Assembly: GCA_964016885.1 (NCBI GenBank)
Contig: OZ024759.1
Span: 6,324,001 to 6,388,000 of the forward strand
DNA from: Eledone cirrhosa
Lineage: Eukaryota
Direction: 5' to 3'
DNA: 64,000 bases
Under the pieces are notes generated by a model. That model was not told where the DNA came from. It saw only the letters and a list, made by a program, of their open reading frames with translations, and did no database searches. The position numbers and the translations under genes were made by a program. Below, piece by piece: positions 37,701 to 47,336 of this stretch. Within the stretch, counting starts at the first letter, position 1. Each line of letters opens with the position of its first letter.

Positions 37701-40700
37701 TCCCTGAAACATAAGTATTACATGTGTAAAGTTTGAAAACAGTAGGTTGGGTGGTTCTCGAGTTTTAGGGATTCAAACTAACACACACACAGACAGACAT
37801 CCTCAGTTTTATATATATATACCAGCAGAAAGGCCCGGCATTACTCGGGATTTGCTATAGGGTTCTTATATATTTGATATATATTTATCCTTATTGAGCC
37901 TCGTGAAATAAATACGTTTATTTATATTTTGTTATTGTGTATGCAAAAATATCTGTACACGAATATATAATTATATAAATATATATATAGTATATCTTAA
38001 ACAGAGAATGTCTGTCTGTCTGTCAGCTTACTAAAACTTGTGAACCACCCAACCGATTGTTTTCAAACTTTACACATGTAATACTTATGGTCCTGTGAGT
38101 GTTTTGAGCAAAACATATTTCAAATTTTCAATGCCCTAGGGACCGCGTTAGGCGATTTAGCGATCTCTCTCTATAATTCTTAGTCTTTCTTTTTAGATAG
38201 ATACATAGATATAATGTTGCGCCCTTACAATATCTGTCTGTATGTCTGACTGTCTGCATTACGTCATTATGATGCGATCAGTGTGTGTGTGTATATATAT
38301 ATCGTAATGCAGACAGCAAGACTTATAGCTTTCCTTCCCCTCTTCCAGCGTCTCTCTCTCTCCCGCTATCCCCCTCTTTTAGTCTGTCTGTTTCTTTCAC
38401 TCCCACTCTTTCTCTTTATAACTCACTCACATTAATACTAAAGGGTTAAGGTATTGTTCTCAAAATAAATAATATTAAATCTATGAGATTTTTATATTAT
38501 GTGAGATAAAGCCTTTACCATGAAAATATTATAGTATATATAGAGTAATATAAATGTTATGTGGGATATTATGTGAGATAAAGCCTTTACCATGAAAATA
38601 TTATAGTATATATAGAGTAATATAAATGTTATGTGGGATATTATGTGAGATAAAGCCTTTACCATGAAAATATTATAGTATATATAGAGTAGTGTAAATG
38701 TTATGTGGGATATTATGCGAGATAAAGCCTTTACCATGATAATAATATAGTATATATAGAGTAGTGTAAATGTTATGTGAGATATTATGCGAGATAAAGC
38801 CTTTACCATGATTATAAATATAGTATATATAGAGTAATGTAAATGCTAAAGGGTTAATTCCATCAGACCATGTGAGAGAGTTTATAATCACTCACGCACA
38901 CATACACACTCACGCATGCAAACGCACACAAACTCACACACACACACGCGCGCACGTACACACACACGCAATAGTTATTCCACTGTCATGTATCTTTGAC
39001 GCATACAACTCTCAAAAGACGGCGCCTGTCACTATCTCTCTCTCTCCCGCTATCCCCCTCTTTTAGTCTATCTGTTTCTTTCACTCTCACTCTTTCTCTC
39101 TGTAACTCGTTCACATTTCTCCCCTCTATCGAAAAACGCTGTGACGAATGGGGAGAAGGAGGAGGAGGAGTAGAGAGCCACTTCTTCACTTCACCTCTCC
39201 GTTTCTTTCTCTCCCCTCTCACTCCCTCATTATGTACAGACATTGGCCACTTCACTAATTTGATCCCCAGGTCAGAATAATTTGAAATTTTTTTTTGCTC
39301 AAAACACTTCCGGGCCATACGGGTTACATGTGTAAAGTTTGAAAAAAAAACGGTTGGGTACTTCTCGAGTTTTAGGGAAACAGACACACAGACAGACATC
39401 CTCTGTTTTATATATAGAGATATTCAATCTCTTATATATTTTATCTGATGAAAACGTACTGAAACACCATTGTACCTTTGAAATATGTATAATAAAATAT
39501 ATACTTTGGTTATGATATTTCTCATTTATTAATATTTTGAATAATATTATAGATACTCCAAATAAATTTCTGTTGAGTGCTTCTAATCTATTGTAAAATT
39601 GAATTTGTTGAATAATCAAACGGACCATATAAACTTTTGGTTATATATATATATATCATCATCATCGTTTAACGTCCATTTCCTACACGACCACTTTACA
39701 GTGTGGACTGGATGTTGTGGTACCAACATAACTTTACAGAGATAGGCTGGTGTTGGTGGATGTAGGAGGATGGAGCAGGGGATGTGTGGTGGGGTGTATA
39801 TTTGGTTAAGAGGGGCCTACTGACTGTAGGTTAACTTTGTATGTAAGGAAAGGTGGGTCTTCTGTATTACTGATAGTGCCAAAGATCTCGATCCATTGAC
39901 ATTGTCTTAGAGAGGTGTAAGTGTGCAAGGTCAGATTTTATCACCTTATCCCATGTGTTTTGGGGTCTACGTTCACTTAAAAAAGACGCTTCCATGCGAG
40001 TGAGACACGGTCTCCCAACCATTCCCACATCAAATGGAACAAAACAGTCTAACCTATGCTAGTGTGGAAGATGGATGTTAAACAATGATGATGATAATAC
40101 AGTAGAACCTCACAGTTCCCCCATTGTACCAGTAATTTGTTGTATGAGCCAAGGCTCATACAAATGTTTGTCTTGTAATACGAGTGGAAATCCGCAGTAA
40201 GAGCGAGTTTCATACAATTAATAAAACCAGTTTACATATTTCTTTTGCATTCTCTTTTATTATATTTTTATAATTGTCATTTTCCTTGTAACTGGACCCT
40301 TTCTGTTTTAAAACCCATACAAAAATGATTTTTGGGAGGGATTTGGGGGATGGAACATTATTTATATTTTAATTAATTTCAATGGAGAAAATTGATTTGT
40401 AAATCAAGCTCGGTCATGGAATGAATTAAACTTGTACTGCAAGGTATCACTGTATATATGTGTGTATATATGTATGTGTAAGCACTCAGTCTACACTGTA
40501 TAGTGATCATATAGGTGATACCATAAAAAGCACCCAACCCACACTGTAAAGTGGTTGTGTAGATGCCATGACAAAAAACACCCAGTCCACACTGTAAGGT
40601 GGTCATTCTGACATTTCAAAAAGCATTCAGTGCATACTGTAAAGTGATAGCTTTGGGCCACAATAAAAGTCACCCAGTCCTCACTGTAAAAGTGATTGAC

Positions 40701-43700
40701 CTTAAGAAGGGCATCCACCTTCTGTGTAAGCAAGAGACAGTCATCTAATCTGACTTGTCTCACCAGGACAACCTGCCTGATAACCTGTTATCATGCTGGT
40801 GTCACAACAGAAAGACCCAGTCCACCATGTGATAACGACAGATTCGTGTTTCAGGATTTCGACCCATCAACAGTGACGCTTCCTCGCTCGGTATAGAGAC
40901 AAGAATAAGCTATAGCTTATATACATCGCATGAAACATCGGCTGGCGACATATTTACATATAATTATTTCTACGTTTGGCACAAGTCCAGCAATTACCTC
41001 AGTGCATTACTGGAACTTTATTTTATCGACACCCCCGTAAAGATGAAAGGCAAAGTTAACCGTGGCAGCATTTGAACTCAGAACGTAAAGGGCCATAACG
41101 CATGGTGTCTGACGCTCTACAGATTCTGCCAATCCACCGCCCTTTATTATATTTACATATAGTGCGAGCTTGACTAACTAGGTTTAATTACCAGAAGTAC
41201 TAACATAGTGTTGTTCATAATGTGGCTATGGTGTGGTGTGCAGTGGCCAGAGGCTGGGGAGTGCTTGACCGGAAGAGTGCTTGACCGGAAGGGTGCTTGA
41301 CTGGAAGGGTGCTCGACCGGAAGGGTGCTCGACCGGAAGGGCCAGCAGGCCTGCCTCTCTCTAGCATGGTCAGCGAAGGTGGTGGACGTCAGTTTTGGAG
41401 CTCCCAGTTAACGAGTTGGATTGTACACATGTGGGAGAGGAGAAACCAACCATTGGATTACCGGTGCCAGCGATAAGCGGCAAGTGAAGTAGCTTTTTCT
41501 AACCACAAGCTATTTCGGCACTGGAAGACGATAAAAAAAAAATGAAAAAAAAAAAGAACTTTCTCGAAAACAAAGCTACTGGAAAATGGAGAGGAGTCTG
41601 TTGTTTTTTATTACTTACTGCAGGACAAAATTAGGATATGGCGACGAGATTACGAATGAGCAGAGAAGCGATTAGAGCATTTACTGGTGAAGGCGATGTT
41701 GTCGCCTGGTTGCGAAAAGTCCGGCTGGTCACAAGCTTACAGAAGATAGAAGATGTGACTGGCCTCATGGCACGAAGGGGATGCGTTGGCACTCTTCCTA
41801 GAGATGGATGAACACAGCCAAAGGGATGCGCAAAAGATTGAGAGGCGTATGATGGAAGCGTTCGTGGAAGGACCATTAGCCTCTTTTGCTAAGCTGGCAA
41901 GGATTAGATGGAACGGTGAACGCGTTGACATTTTCGCAGCGGGACCACGGCGATTGGCCATGTTGGCTGGATATCAGGTGGAATGCGAACGCACGGTGCG
42001 GTTGGCGTTCATAAATGGATTTCCAGACGACATAGCGGTGAAACTGCAGCAAGCCCCGGGTTACAAGGAAATGGAGATGCGTGCACTGGTGGAGCAAGCC
42101 CGCATCATAGCAGAAGATGCCAAGAAGAGTGTCCGGCGATAGCAACTACAGAGGCTCAAGGCAGCTGGCAGCGAAATGGTGAAAGGGAGGCAACCACGGC
42201 ACGCGAACGTCTAGAGGTCGTTGTTTTAGGTGCCAGGGCACAGAGGTGGAGAGGGAAGAGCAACGTAAGGACAGTCGACAGGTCGCAGCGAGGTGGAGAT
42301 GGCGGTACAGGGAAAGAAAATAAGGCTTTCTGCCATCGTAGTCAACAACGTGGTGGATGGGATCGGCGTAGTTATGGGCATGGATGCAATTGGCCGTCTA
42401 GGAGGCGTCACAGTGAACAATATCGGTGTGTAGTTTGGCGGCGCCGCATCGGTATGCGCTGTGAGTACGCAACAGGAGAACCAGAAGGCCCACGAGGAGA
42501 AATATCCCGCTTACACTGTACAAGGCCGTGTTTGATGGGCAACGATGGGTTGTTGAATGGTACTGGAAGGGAGAACCACCAACACTGAAGACAGAAGTGG
42601 GCTGCTATCAACACACATTGAAGGGAGACATTAGGAGCGAGTTTGAGCGAGAGGTAGAGAGATGGATTGAGGAGGGCTGCTTCCCTGGAAAGAGGAGGTG
42701 AAGTGCGGAGTATTGCCGTTAATGGCGGTGGCGCAACCCACAAAGAACAAGGTGAGGCTGGTACTGGACTTTCGGGAGCTGAACGAGCACGTGTCATGCC
42801 ACACGGGTGTCGAGGTCACGGATGTCTGTGGGGCAAACCCTGCGTGAGTGGAGACGCATGACGAGGGCTTCCGCAATCGTCGATCTAAAGTCGGCATACT
42901 TGCAATTGCATATAGATGAGAAGCTCTGGCAGTATCAGCTGGTCAGGTATAAAGGCTGGACATATTGCCTGACCAGGCTCGGTTTCGGGCTGAGCTCTGC
43001 ATCGAAGATCATGGCGGAGGTCCTCAAGACCATTCTGGGAAAGGCCGACAAGATGAAGAGGGTCACTAATTCCTACATTGACGACATCCTAGGGGACGAG
43101 ACTGTAGTGTCGGCGGTGGAGGTCACGAGCCATTTACAGGGGTATGGACTGGCTGCGAAGCCGTCAGAAGCGTTGGAGGGAGGAACCGCACTGGGACTTA
43201 GGCTACGGCAAGACAAGACGGGTGTGTTAGTATTCTGGAGGGGAAATGAAGTTCCAGAACTGGACCCAAGTATGAGTAGGCGGAAGCTTTTCTCGGCGTG
43301 TGGAAAGTTGGTGGGTCACTACCCGATTGCTGGGTGGCTCCGGACGGCATGCAGCTATGTCAAGAGACGAGCGGGCGGGGTGACTTGGAGTGACAGAGTG
43401 GGAGAGAGGACGGTGGCCATGATGCAGGAGATCATGGAGAGGGTGAAGGCCGACAACCCAGTGCGGGGACGCTAGTATGTTCCCAAATCGCAGAGCGGGA
43501 CCATATGGTGCGATGCCAGCAGTATAGCGCTGGGTGTCACGTTGGAGATAGGAGGTGTTGAGGTTGAGGATGCAGCCTGGCTTAGGAAGAAGGACGATTG
43601 CAACCTCATCAATGTAGCCGAACTGGACACGGTGTTGAGAGGGGTGAACCTCGCCCTGAGGTGAGGACTGCGCACCATCGAGATTCGCACCGACTCGGCT

Positions 43701-44904
43701 ACTGTACTCGGATGGGTGAGATCAGTGCTCACCAGTGAGAAGAGAATGCGAACGAGAGGGGCGGCGGAGATGCTGATAAAGCGCCGCCTGGGAACTTTAG
43801 GAGAGCTGGCCACCGAGTTCGACCTGAGGCTGAGCGTAGTTTTCGTGCCCTCAGAGAAAAATAGGGCGGACGTCTTAACTAGGGTGAAGAAGGCCTGGAT
43901 GGAAGCGCCGGAGGATGTAGAAGAGGAGATAGCTGCCGTGTGTCGGCTGACCGAGTCGGATCTGAAAGGGTTGCATGACATACACCACATGGGAGTGGTG
44001 CACGCCACCACAACGGCCAGTGGAGAGAGAGAATGCATTCATGCAGGTGGGCGAAGAAGTCTGGGTTAAGCCCCCAGATGCACGTTGCACATCTCAATGG
44101 GGAAGGGGAACGGTGACGGCCGTAAATTCCCAGAACAATGTGTCCATGGACGAGTACCACGTCATGTCCTGGATGTCCGTAGAATTACTGTGTCAACGGA
44201 CTCCTAGCAAGAGGAAACCCAAAGTGCCGCCCCAACACTGCGGAGATCGCAAAGAAGTAGCAAACCACCATCCTGGACAGCAGACATTCATATGCAGCAG
44301 GACGAGGGGGAAATTGATCCTTGAGATCAGGAGGGCGTGTGGGTATGGTGTGGTGTGCGGTGGCTGGAGGCTGGGGAGTGCTCGAACGGAAGAGTGCTTG
44401 ACTGGAAGGGTGCTTGACCGGAAGGGCCAGCAGGCCTGCCTCTCTCTAGCGTGGTCAGCGAAGGTGGTGGACGTCAGTTTTGGAGCTCCCGGTTAACGAG
44501 TTGGATTGTACGCACATGGGAGAGGAGAAACCAACCATTGGATTACCGGTGCCAGCGATAAGCGGTAAGTGAAGTAGCTTTTTCTAACCACACATAATAG
44601 AGGTGTATATGAAGGCATATACTATATGTGGATGTATAATTGTTTCTACTTTAGGCACAAGGCCAGCAATTACCCAGTGCATTACTGGTACTTTATTTTA
44701 TCGACCCCGTATGGACGAAAGGCAAAGTTAACCTCGGCGGGATTTGAACTCAGATCGTAAAGGGACGTAACTCTATGCTAGAAAGCATGTCCGATGTATA
44801 ATAAACGTGTGTTGATAAAAACCAGACCGGAAGTCAGTAAGTAGAACAAACCGGAAGATTGATAATGCCAACTGTAAACATGACATAAATTAGAATAAAA
44901 CCAG

Positions 44905-44983
<79 letters not shown>

Positions 44984-44993
44984 AATATATATA

Positions 44994-45031
<38 letters not shown>

Positions 45032-45049
45032 AATATAAATATATATATA

Positions 45050-45082
<33 letters not shown>

Positions 45083-45210
45083 CTGTGGAACTATAGAGCA
45101 GGCAAATGTATGATTTGAAATGCAACAAACGAAAGTGTTCCAACGGTCAAAGGTCAATCAAGGCCAAATTTGAGTGTGGTACTGTCTCTTACCATTTCTT
45201 AGACACACGC

Positions 45211-45283
<73 letters not shown>

Positions 45284-46062
45284 ATCTCGTTGAGAGAGCA
45301 CATCAGGAGCGAAGTCATCAGACAGAAGTCCGGCGTGAGGGATGTCAACACGGAATATATGCGCAGCAAGTTAAGATGGGCTGGACACGTTGCCCGGTTC
45401 ATCTATAATCGGTGGACCCGCGCAGTTGTCGAGTGGTACCCGCGAGAGCGGAAACGACCACTCGGAAGGCCTCCACGAAAGTGGAGTTACGATTTTAGGA
45501 ATATGATTGGGACTACATGGATGAGGAGAGCACGATCCAGAGAGGAATGGACGGCGTGCTGTGACCAGCGGCGCCGAATGGACGTCCAACAGACTGGTCG
45601 GTCAACGTGATCAAGGTGATATATATATATATATCATATATACATATATATGTGTGGTAAACACAATGTAAACAAAAGAAAATCGACATTCCACGTCATA
45701 TATATTATATACAGACATATGTTATATGTGTGTATATTTGGTATAAATGGAAGTAGATACCAATCGTTTGAGGCGATCAGAAAATACTGGATTGTTAGAA
45801 AAGTTAATAGATATTTCGTCCAGAGTAAAGACTAAGGGAAGTATGACATGATAAATATATTGACCAGGTGTATGTAGTCATAGTTTATAACCACGATAAA
45901 TACAGTTATATGTGTGTATGTATGTGTATATATATATATATATATATATAAAAGCAAAATTTAATATCATTGAATATATATATATATATATACTCTACTA
46001 CCCTAAGTATTGAGTACTCTGGTGCGTTATGGTCCATCTGGTTCCTTACCACAACTCCTTCG

Positions 46063-46098
<36 letters not shown>

Positions 46099-46684
46099 AT
46101 GGATGCAGTAAAAACCAGTAAGACCATTACTCACCAGAGTACTCGATACTTTGGGGGTAGTAGAGTGGGTAATATGAAGGATTCAGGACCCCGACGGCTG
46201 AGCTCATGCAGTCTCAACAGCTAGAGTTCGGATCTATCTGTTGAAACGGCAGGAGCTGAGCTGTCGGGGTCCCGAATCCTTCATATATATATATTACAGT
46301 CCCCATATATATATAGGGAATGTAACGTCCAGTTACTGTAAGGTTCACCAGAGTGACCACTCGATGCGTAGACGTAACAAATTGTCCTTTTTATTATTAT
46401 TAATATACATAAGTGAACGATAAACTGATAAAATACACTGCTATAATTAGAGGAGGGTATCTTTTATTTATTAATCAATGAATTAATTAGAATACTTACC
46501 TCACTTCGTTTACTCGACTGTCGATCTCTGTAACGGCAGGCCTCATTAGATCGACAAGACCACTGGCTATCACTGTCCGAGTGTCCAGTTGGTCGTCCTG
46601 TTGTTGGTTGTTCTGCATCATGTCTGGAGGAGAGGAGTCGAGCAGATTCTTGCTTCCCATTAGAGAATATGAGGCTTCTGCCAT
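22690..46684 (-). CDS. SNAPIN: SNAPIN (SNARE-associated protein, BLOC-1/BORC subunit); 4 coding exons, 444 nt including stop, 147 aa
   Basis: join(46684-46500, 36166-36120, 35358-35240, 22782-22690) gives [10 protein letters not shown]...[113 protein letters not shown]. This matches the Snapin motifs [34 protein letters not shown] and KETARR. All introns are GT-AG with compatible phases 2, 1, 0. Confidence 0.97.
22860..23445. repeat. (CAC/CAA/CAT)n trinucleotide low-complexity tract in SNAPIN intron 3
   Basis: Degenerate triplet repeat; the poly-T/N, poly-P and poly-V/L ORFs are by-products. Confidence 0.95.
24080..24285 (+). mobile_element. tRNA-derived SINE with V-SINE-like central domain (related partial copy about 22340-22500)
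   Basis: TGGAGGTGCGTGGCCTAG head, then CCCTGCGATGGACTGGCGTCCTGTCCAGGGG and GAAACCGGGATAAGC; paralogous to 22408-22497. Confidence 0.7.
24320..25425 (-). mobile_element. RTE-LINE internal fragment (RT region), degenerate
   Basis: Translates to ...[14 protein letters not shown]...[15 protein letters not shown]...LLYADD...[17 protein letters not shown]; closely similar to 59200-60330. Confidence 0.95.
26091..27602 (+). CDS. Tx1-type ORF1 (gag-like, zinc knuckle)
   Basis: First ATG at 26091 (MNAAFITRS...); [14 protein letters not shown] knuckle; N-rich and T/P-rich linkers; basic KRKKKRHHK. The C-terminus may continue by frameshift to 27927. Confidence 0.8.
   Translation: MNAAFITRSGGEAVRVLSSQSPPLTTSLKDIENVVSFENTMSDVDCNINTNTNTNNMQNISNTNQNNNNNKNDNKNNNSNNDNNNTTNNNSNTNNSMNKEKISFAQTVQKTELFTYLDISNAREMLSNAKQYVTFGESGAFSITSPQQLRREAVLKTVIFRTVSNVSKKPVQLSQNDIELVLKNSMKDIAFIQKGKLFGSISVLLKDQLTAQKYSVSPIVPPPPPPYTFFPTYMGKRTQKIKVLNIAPNVNVWWILTGFIDFDEDTIISVGKSSRGTFNGTSMEVLVQMRPKWIAKIPQRVPLDGISHISVEGRQPSCYHCLSSGHLKAYCPQLTTKKKEALLPTPKTTTQPPPSPQQHANTTKTRTTNQPASTVPPSSTPPKTTAKTPTNTTAPQNIPLPNNTDTTTDEAPTSSPSDDEGEPLRSKRKKKRHHKNKKTTNITTNIQPPTQTTQTLQTKTPPSRKQNHDITPNTNTYNKTKAPTRTTDKNHRNTTRTLHIHKQ
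27943..31330 (+). pseudogene. Tx1-type ORF2 (AP endonuclease-RT-zinc finger), frameshifted with stops
   Basis: [15 protein letters not shown]...ICESR...AYAPS...SYLDRVL...YSDHK; [43 protein letters not shown]; CPRC...[10 protein letters not shown]. Confidence 0.93.
31609..33680 (+). mobile_element. 5'-truncated second Tx1 copy (related subfamily) in head-to-tail tandem
   Basis: Starts at NFRPITLLN; contains AYADD and CPRC...LHAIVQ; ends AATAAAGAAAGATATCTATCTA. Confidence 0.92.
34007..34630. repeat. 48-bp tandem repeat, 13 copies, derived from an RTE 3' UTR motif
   Basis: Unit TACAGTGTGGGCTGGGTGCTTTTTGTAGTGACACCTACACAACCATCT; continuous with a minus-strand RTE tail at 33845-34007; similar motif at 20290 and, reverse-complemented, at 40520-40600 and 61165-61255. 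Confidence 0.95.
34965..35165. mobile_element. piggyBac-type MITE (partial copies at 35557-35720 and 38440-38857)
   Basis: TTAA TSD on both sides; TIRs CCCTTTACATT / AATGCTAAAGGG. Confidence 0.85.
35240..35358 (-). CDS. SNAPIN: SNAPIN coding exon 3 (119 nt)
   Basis: attgtatttcAG|AC TTA AAG...GTA CAG|GTaaaa; (D)[39 protein letters not shown]. Not shown in the ORF track. Confidence 0.97.
35741..35916. mobile_element. Loopless palindromic MITE (about 85-bp arms) in SNAPIN intron 2
   Basis: ATGGAGTTACTAGTTTATTGAT...CAACTGTAG|CTACAGTTG...ATCAATAAACTAGTAACTCCAT with few mismatches; TA at both ends. Confidence 0.85.
35918..36060. repeat. 36-bp tandem repeat, 4 copies
   Basis: Unit TTTGAAG(A/T)TATGAACTG(C/T)TGGAAAGGAGTT(TA/CC)TAAC. 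Confidence 0.92.
36120..36166 (-). CDS. SNAPIN: SNAPIN coding exon 2 (47 nt)
   Basis: tttgtttctaatAG|A GAG AGT CAA...GCA ATT G|GTaagt; (R)[15 protein letters not shown]. Confidence 0.96.
36202..36800 (+). mobile_element. RTE-LINE 3' fragment with (GAT)n tail
   Basis: [15 protein letters not shown]...[11 protein letters not shown]; 3' UTR like 61000-61420; ends in (GAT)n. Confidence 0.9.
36801..36945 (-). mobile_element. tRNA-derived SINE, same family as 61722-61910 (other copies about 40960-41145 -, 44640-44790 -, 57435-57580 +)
   Basis: Shared ACTGGTACTTTATTTTATCGACCCCGTAAGGATGAAAGGCAAAGTTAACCTCGGCGGGATTT.AACTCAG. Confidence 0.9.
37076..39420. mobile_element. Nested cluster of Helitron/Helentron-like non-autonomous elements in both orientations
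   Basis: ACTAGCAG..ACCCGGCGTTGCACGGG-type starts at about 37078 and 37820. The repeated end module AAAGTTTGAAAA..GGTTGGGT..TCGAGTTTTAGGGA..(CA)n/(CAGA)n..ATCCTC..TTTTATATATA occurs at about 37410, 37730 and 39330, and reversed at about 38000-38080. Confidence 0.6.
38490..38840. repeat. 72-bp tandem repeat (about 5 copies) amplified from the piggyBac-type MITE
   Basis: GAGATAAAGCCTTTACCATG recurs every 72 nt; it is the reverse complement of 34980-35030; ends at TIR AATGCTAAAGGG-TTAA. Confidence 0.88.
39433..39503 (+). ncRNA. Minimal type-I hammerhead ribozyme motif with intact core
   Basis: Stem I TATATATTTTAT/ATAAAATATATA (12 bp perfect); CTGATGA 39445-51; stem II AAAcGTAC...GTACcTTT; GAAA 39480-83; TATGTA then TA site at 39490-91. 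Confidence 0.78.
39655..39985 (-). mobile_element. RTE 3' fragment; empty-site paralogue of 62690-63915
   Basis: Reverse complement reads TTTTTAAGTGAACGTAGACCCCAAAACACATGGGATAAGGTGATAAAATCTGACC..., colinear with the hAT-interrupted copy. Confidence 0.88.
40100..40452. mobile_element. pogo/Tigger-like MITE
   Basis: TA-CAGTAGAACCTC ... AAGGTATCACTG-TA termini with TA TSD. Confidence 0.7.
41221..44592 (+). mobile_element. Ty3/Gypsy-like LTR retrotransposon, internally deleted and decayed
   Basis: LTRs 41221-41507 and 44338-44592 (TG...CA); 5-bp TSD CATAA; purine tract before the 3' LTR; gag remnant from 41638; RT ([22 protein letters not shown]); RNase H (WCDAS, INVAELD, RTDS); integrase reduced to HHMGV plus the C-terminal [10 protein letters not shown]...W part. 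Confidence 0.95.
45280..45620 (+). mobile_element. 3' fragment of a second RTE family inserted in (TA)n
   Basis: [12 protein letters not shown]...[10 protein letters not shown]...RWT...[17 protein letters not shown], a typical RTE C-terminus. Confidence 0.88.
45992..46166. mobile_element. MITE with about 43-bp TIRs and internal (TA)n
   Basis: ACTCTACTACCCTAAGTATTGAGTACTCTGGTGCGTTATGGTC vs the reverse complement of GACCATTACTCACCAGAGTACTCGATACTTTGGGGGTAGTAGAGT. Confidence 0.75.
46172..46286. other. 115-bp hairpin whose right arm carries a hammerhead 3' half
   Basis: 54-bp arms with about 6 mismatches, loop GTTCGGA; right arm GAA-ACGGC-aggagctga-GCTGT-C-GGGGTCC. Confidence 0.6.
46500..46684 (-). 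CDS. SNAPIN: SNAPIN coding exon 1 (185 nt)
   Basis: AAAATGG start context; [61 protein letters not shown]; donor GTGAG|GTAAGT. Confidence 0.93.
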
Positions 46685-47336
46685 TTTGTTTCGTATTGAT
46701 AGAGTCATATGAGAGCGGGGGAGGCAAAGAGATATATAAGAGAGGGGGAAAGAGAAAGAGTTGTGTATGAGAGGAGAAGGTAGAGAATGAGATAAAGAGA
46801 TATATGAGAAAGGAAGGGGTAAGTTAGAGACAGGTAGTGTTGTATAAGAGAAGGGGAGAAAGAGATAGAGTTATGTGTATGAGGAAAAGGTAGAGAAATA
46901 GATAGTGTTGTACGAAAGAGGGAAAGGAAGAGAAAGACAGATTCAAATGAGAGGGAGAGCAAGGAAAAGAGAAACAAAAAAAGCGAGAGAGGGAGGGAGA
47001 TAGAGACGAAAAGAGTAAGAGACACAATAGAAGAGAGCAAGAATGAGGGAGAGAAAGATAGAATAAAAGATCAAATGAGACGAAGTTGGGGAGGGAGGGG
47101 AAATGTCATAAGATTCTGTTTGAATGACGTTGTTATCATTTGTTTGGCTCCTGAGACCGGTGTTATGACGAAGTTCCTCCTTCAGTTCATCCTGCCTAGC
47201 ATTCCCGCCTGAGGTTCCCCTGCCTCAAATCAGATGTTATCGTCAACAACATTCTTCAGCGTGGTGGTAAATAAATCGAGGAATGGAGGATCTCTTTCTT
47301 CGTACGATTATATTTCCACAAATAGCATACACACAC

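Noticed and set aside
40830-40880. Minus-strand CTGTTGA...GAAAC...GTC hammerhead-like string
   Set aside because: Core A6 is mutated and no stem I pairing is found.
45795-45845. Minus-strand GTC..GAC-GAAA-TATC-TA half-hammerhead
   Set aside because: No CUGANGA, no stem I partner and no inverted arm.
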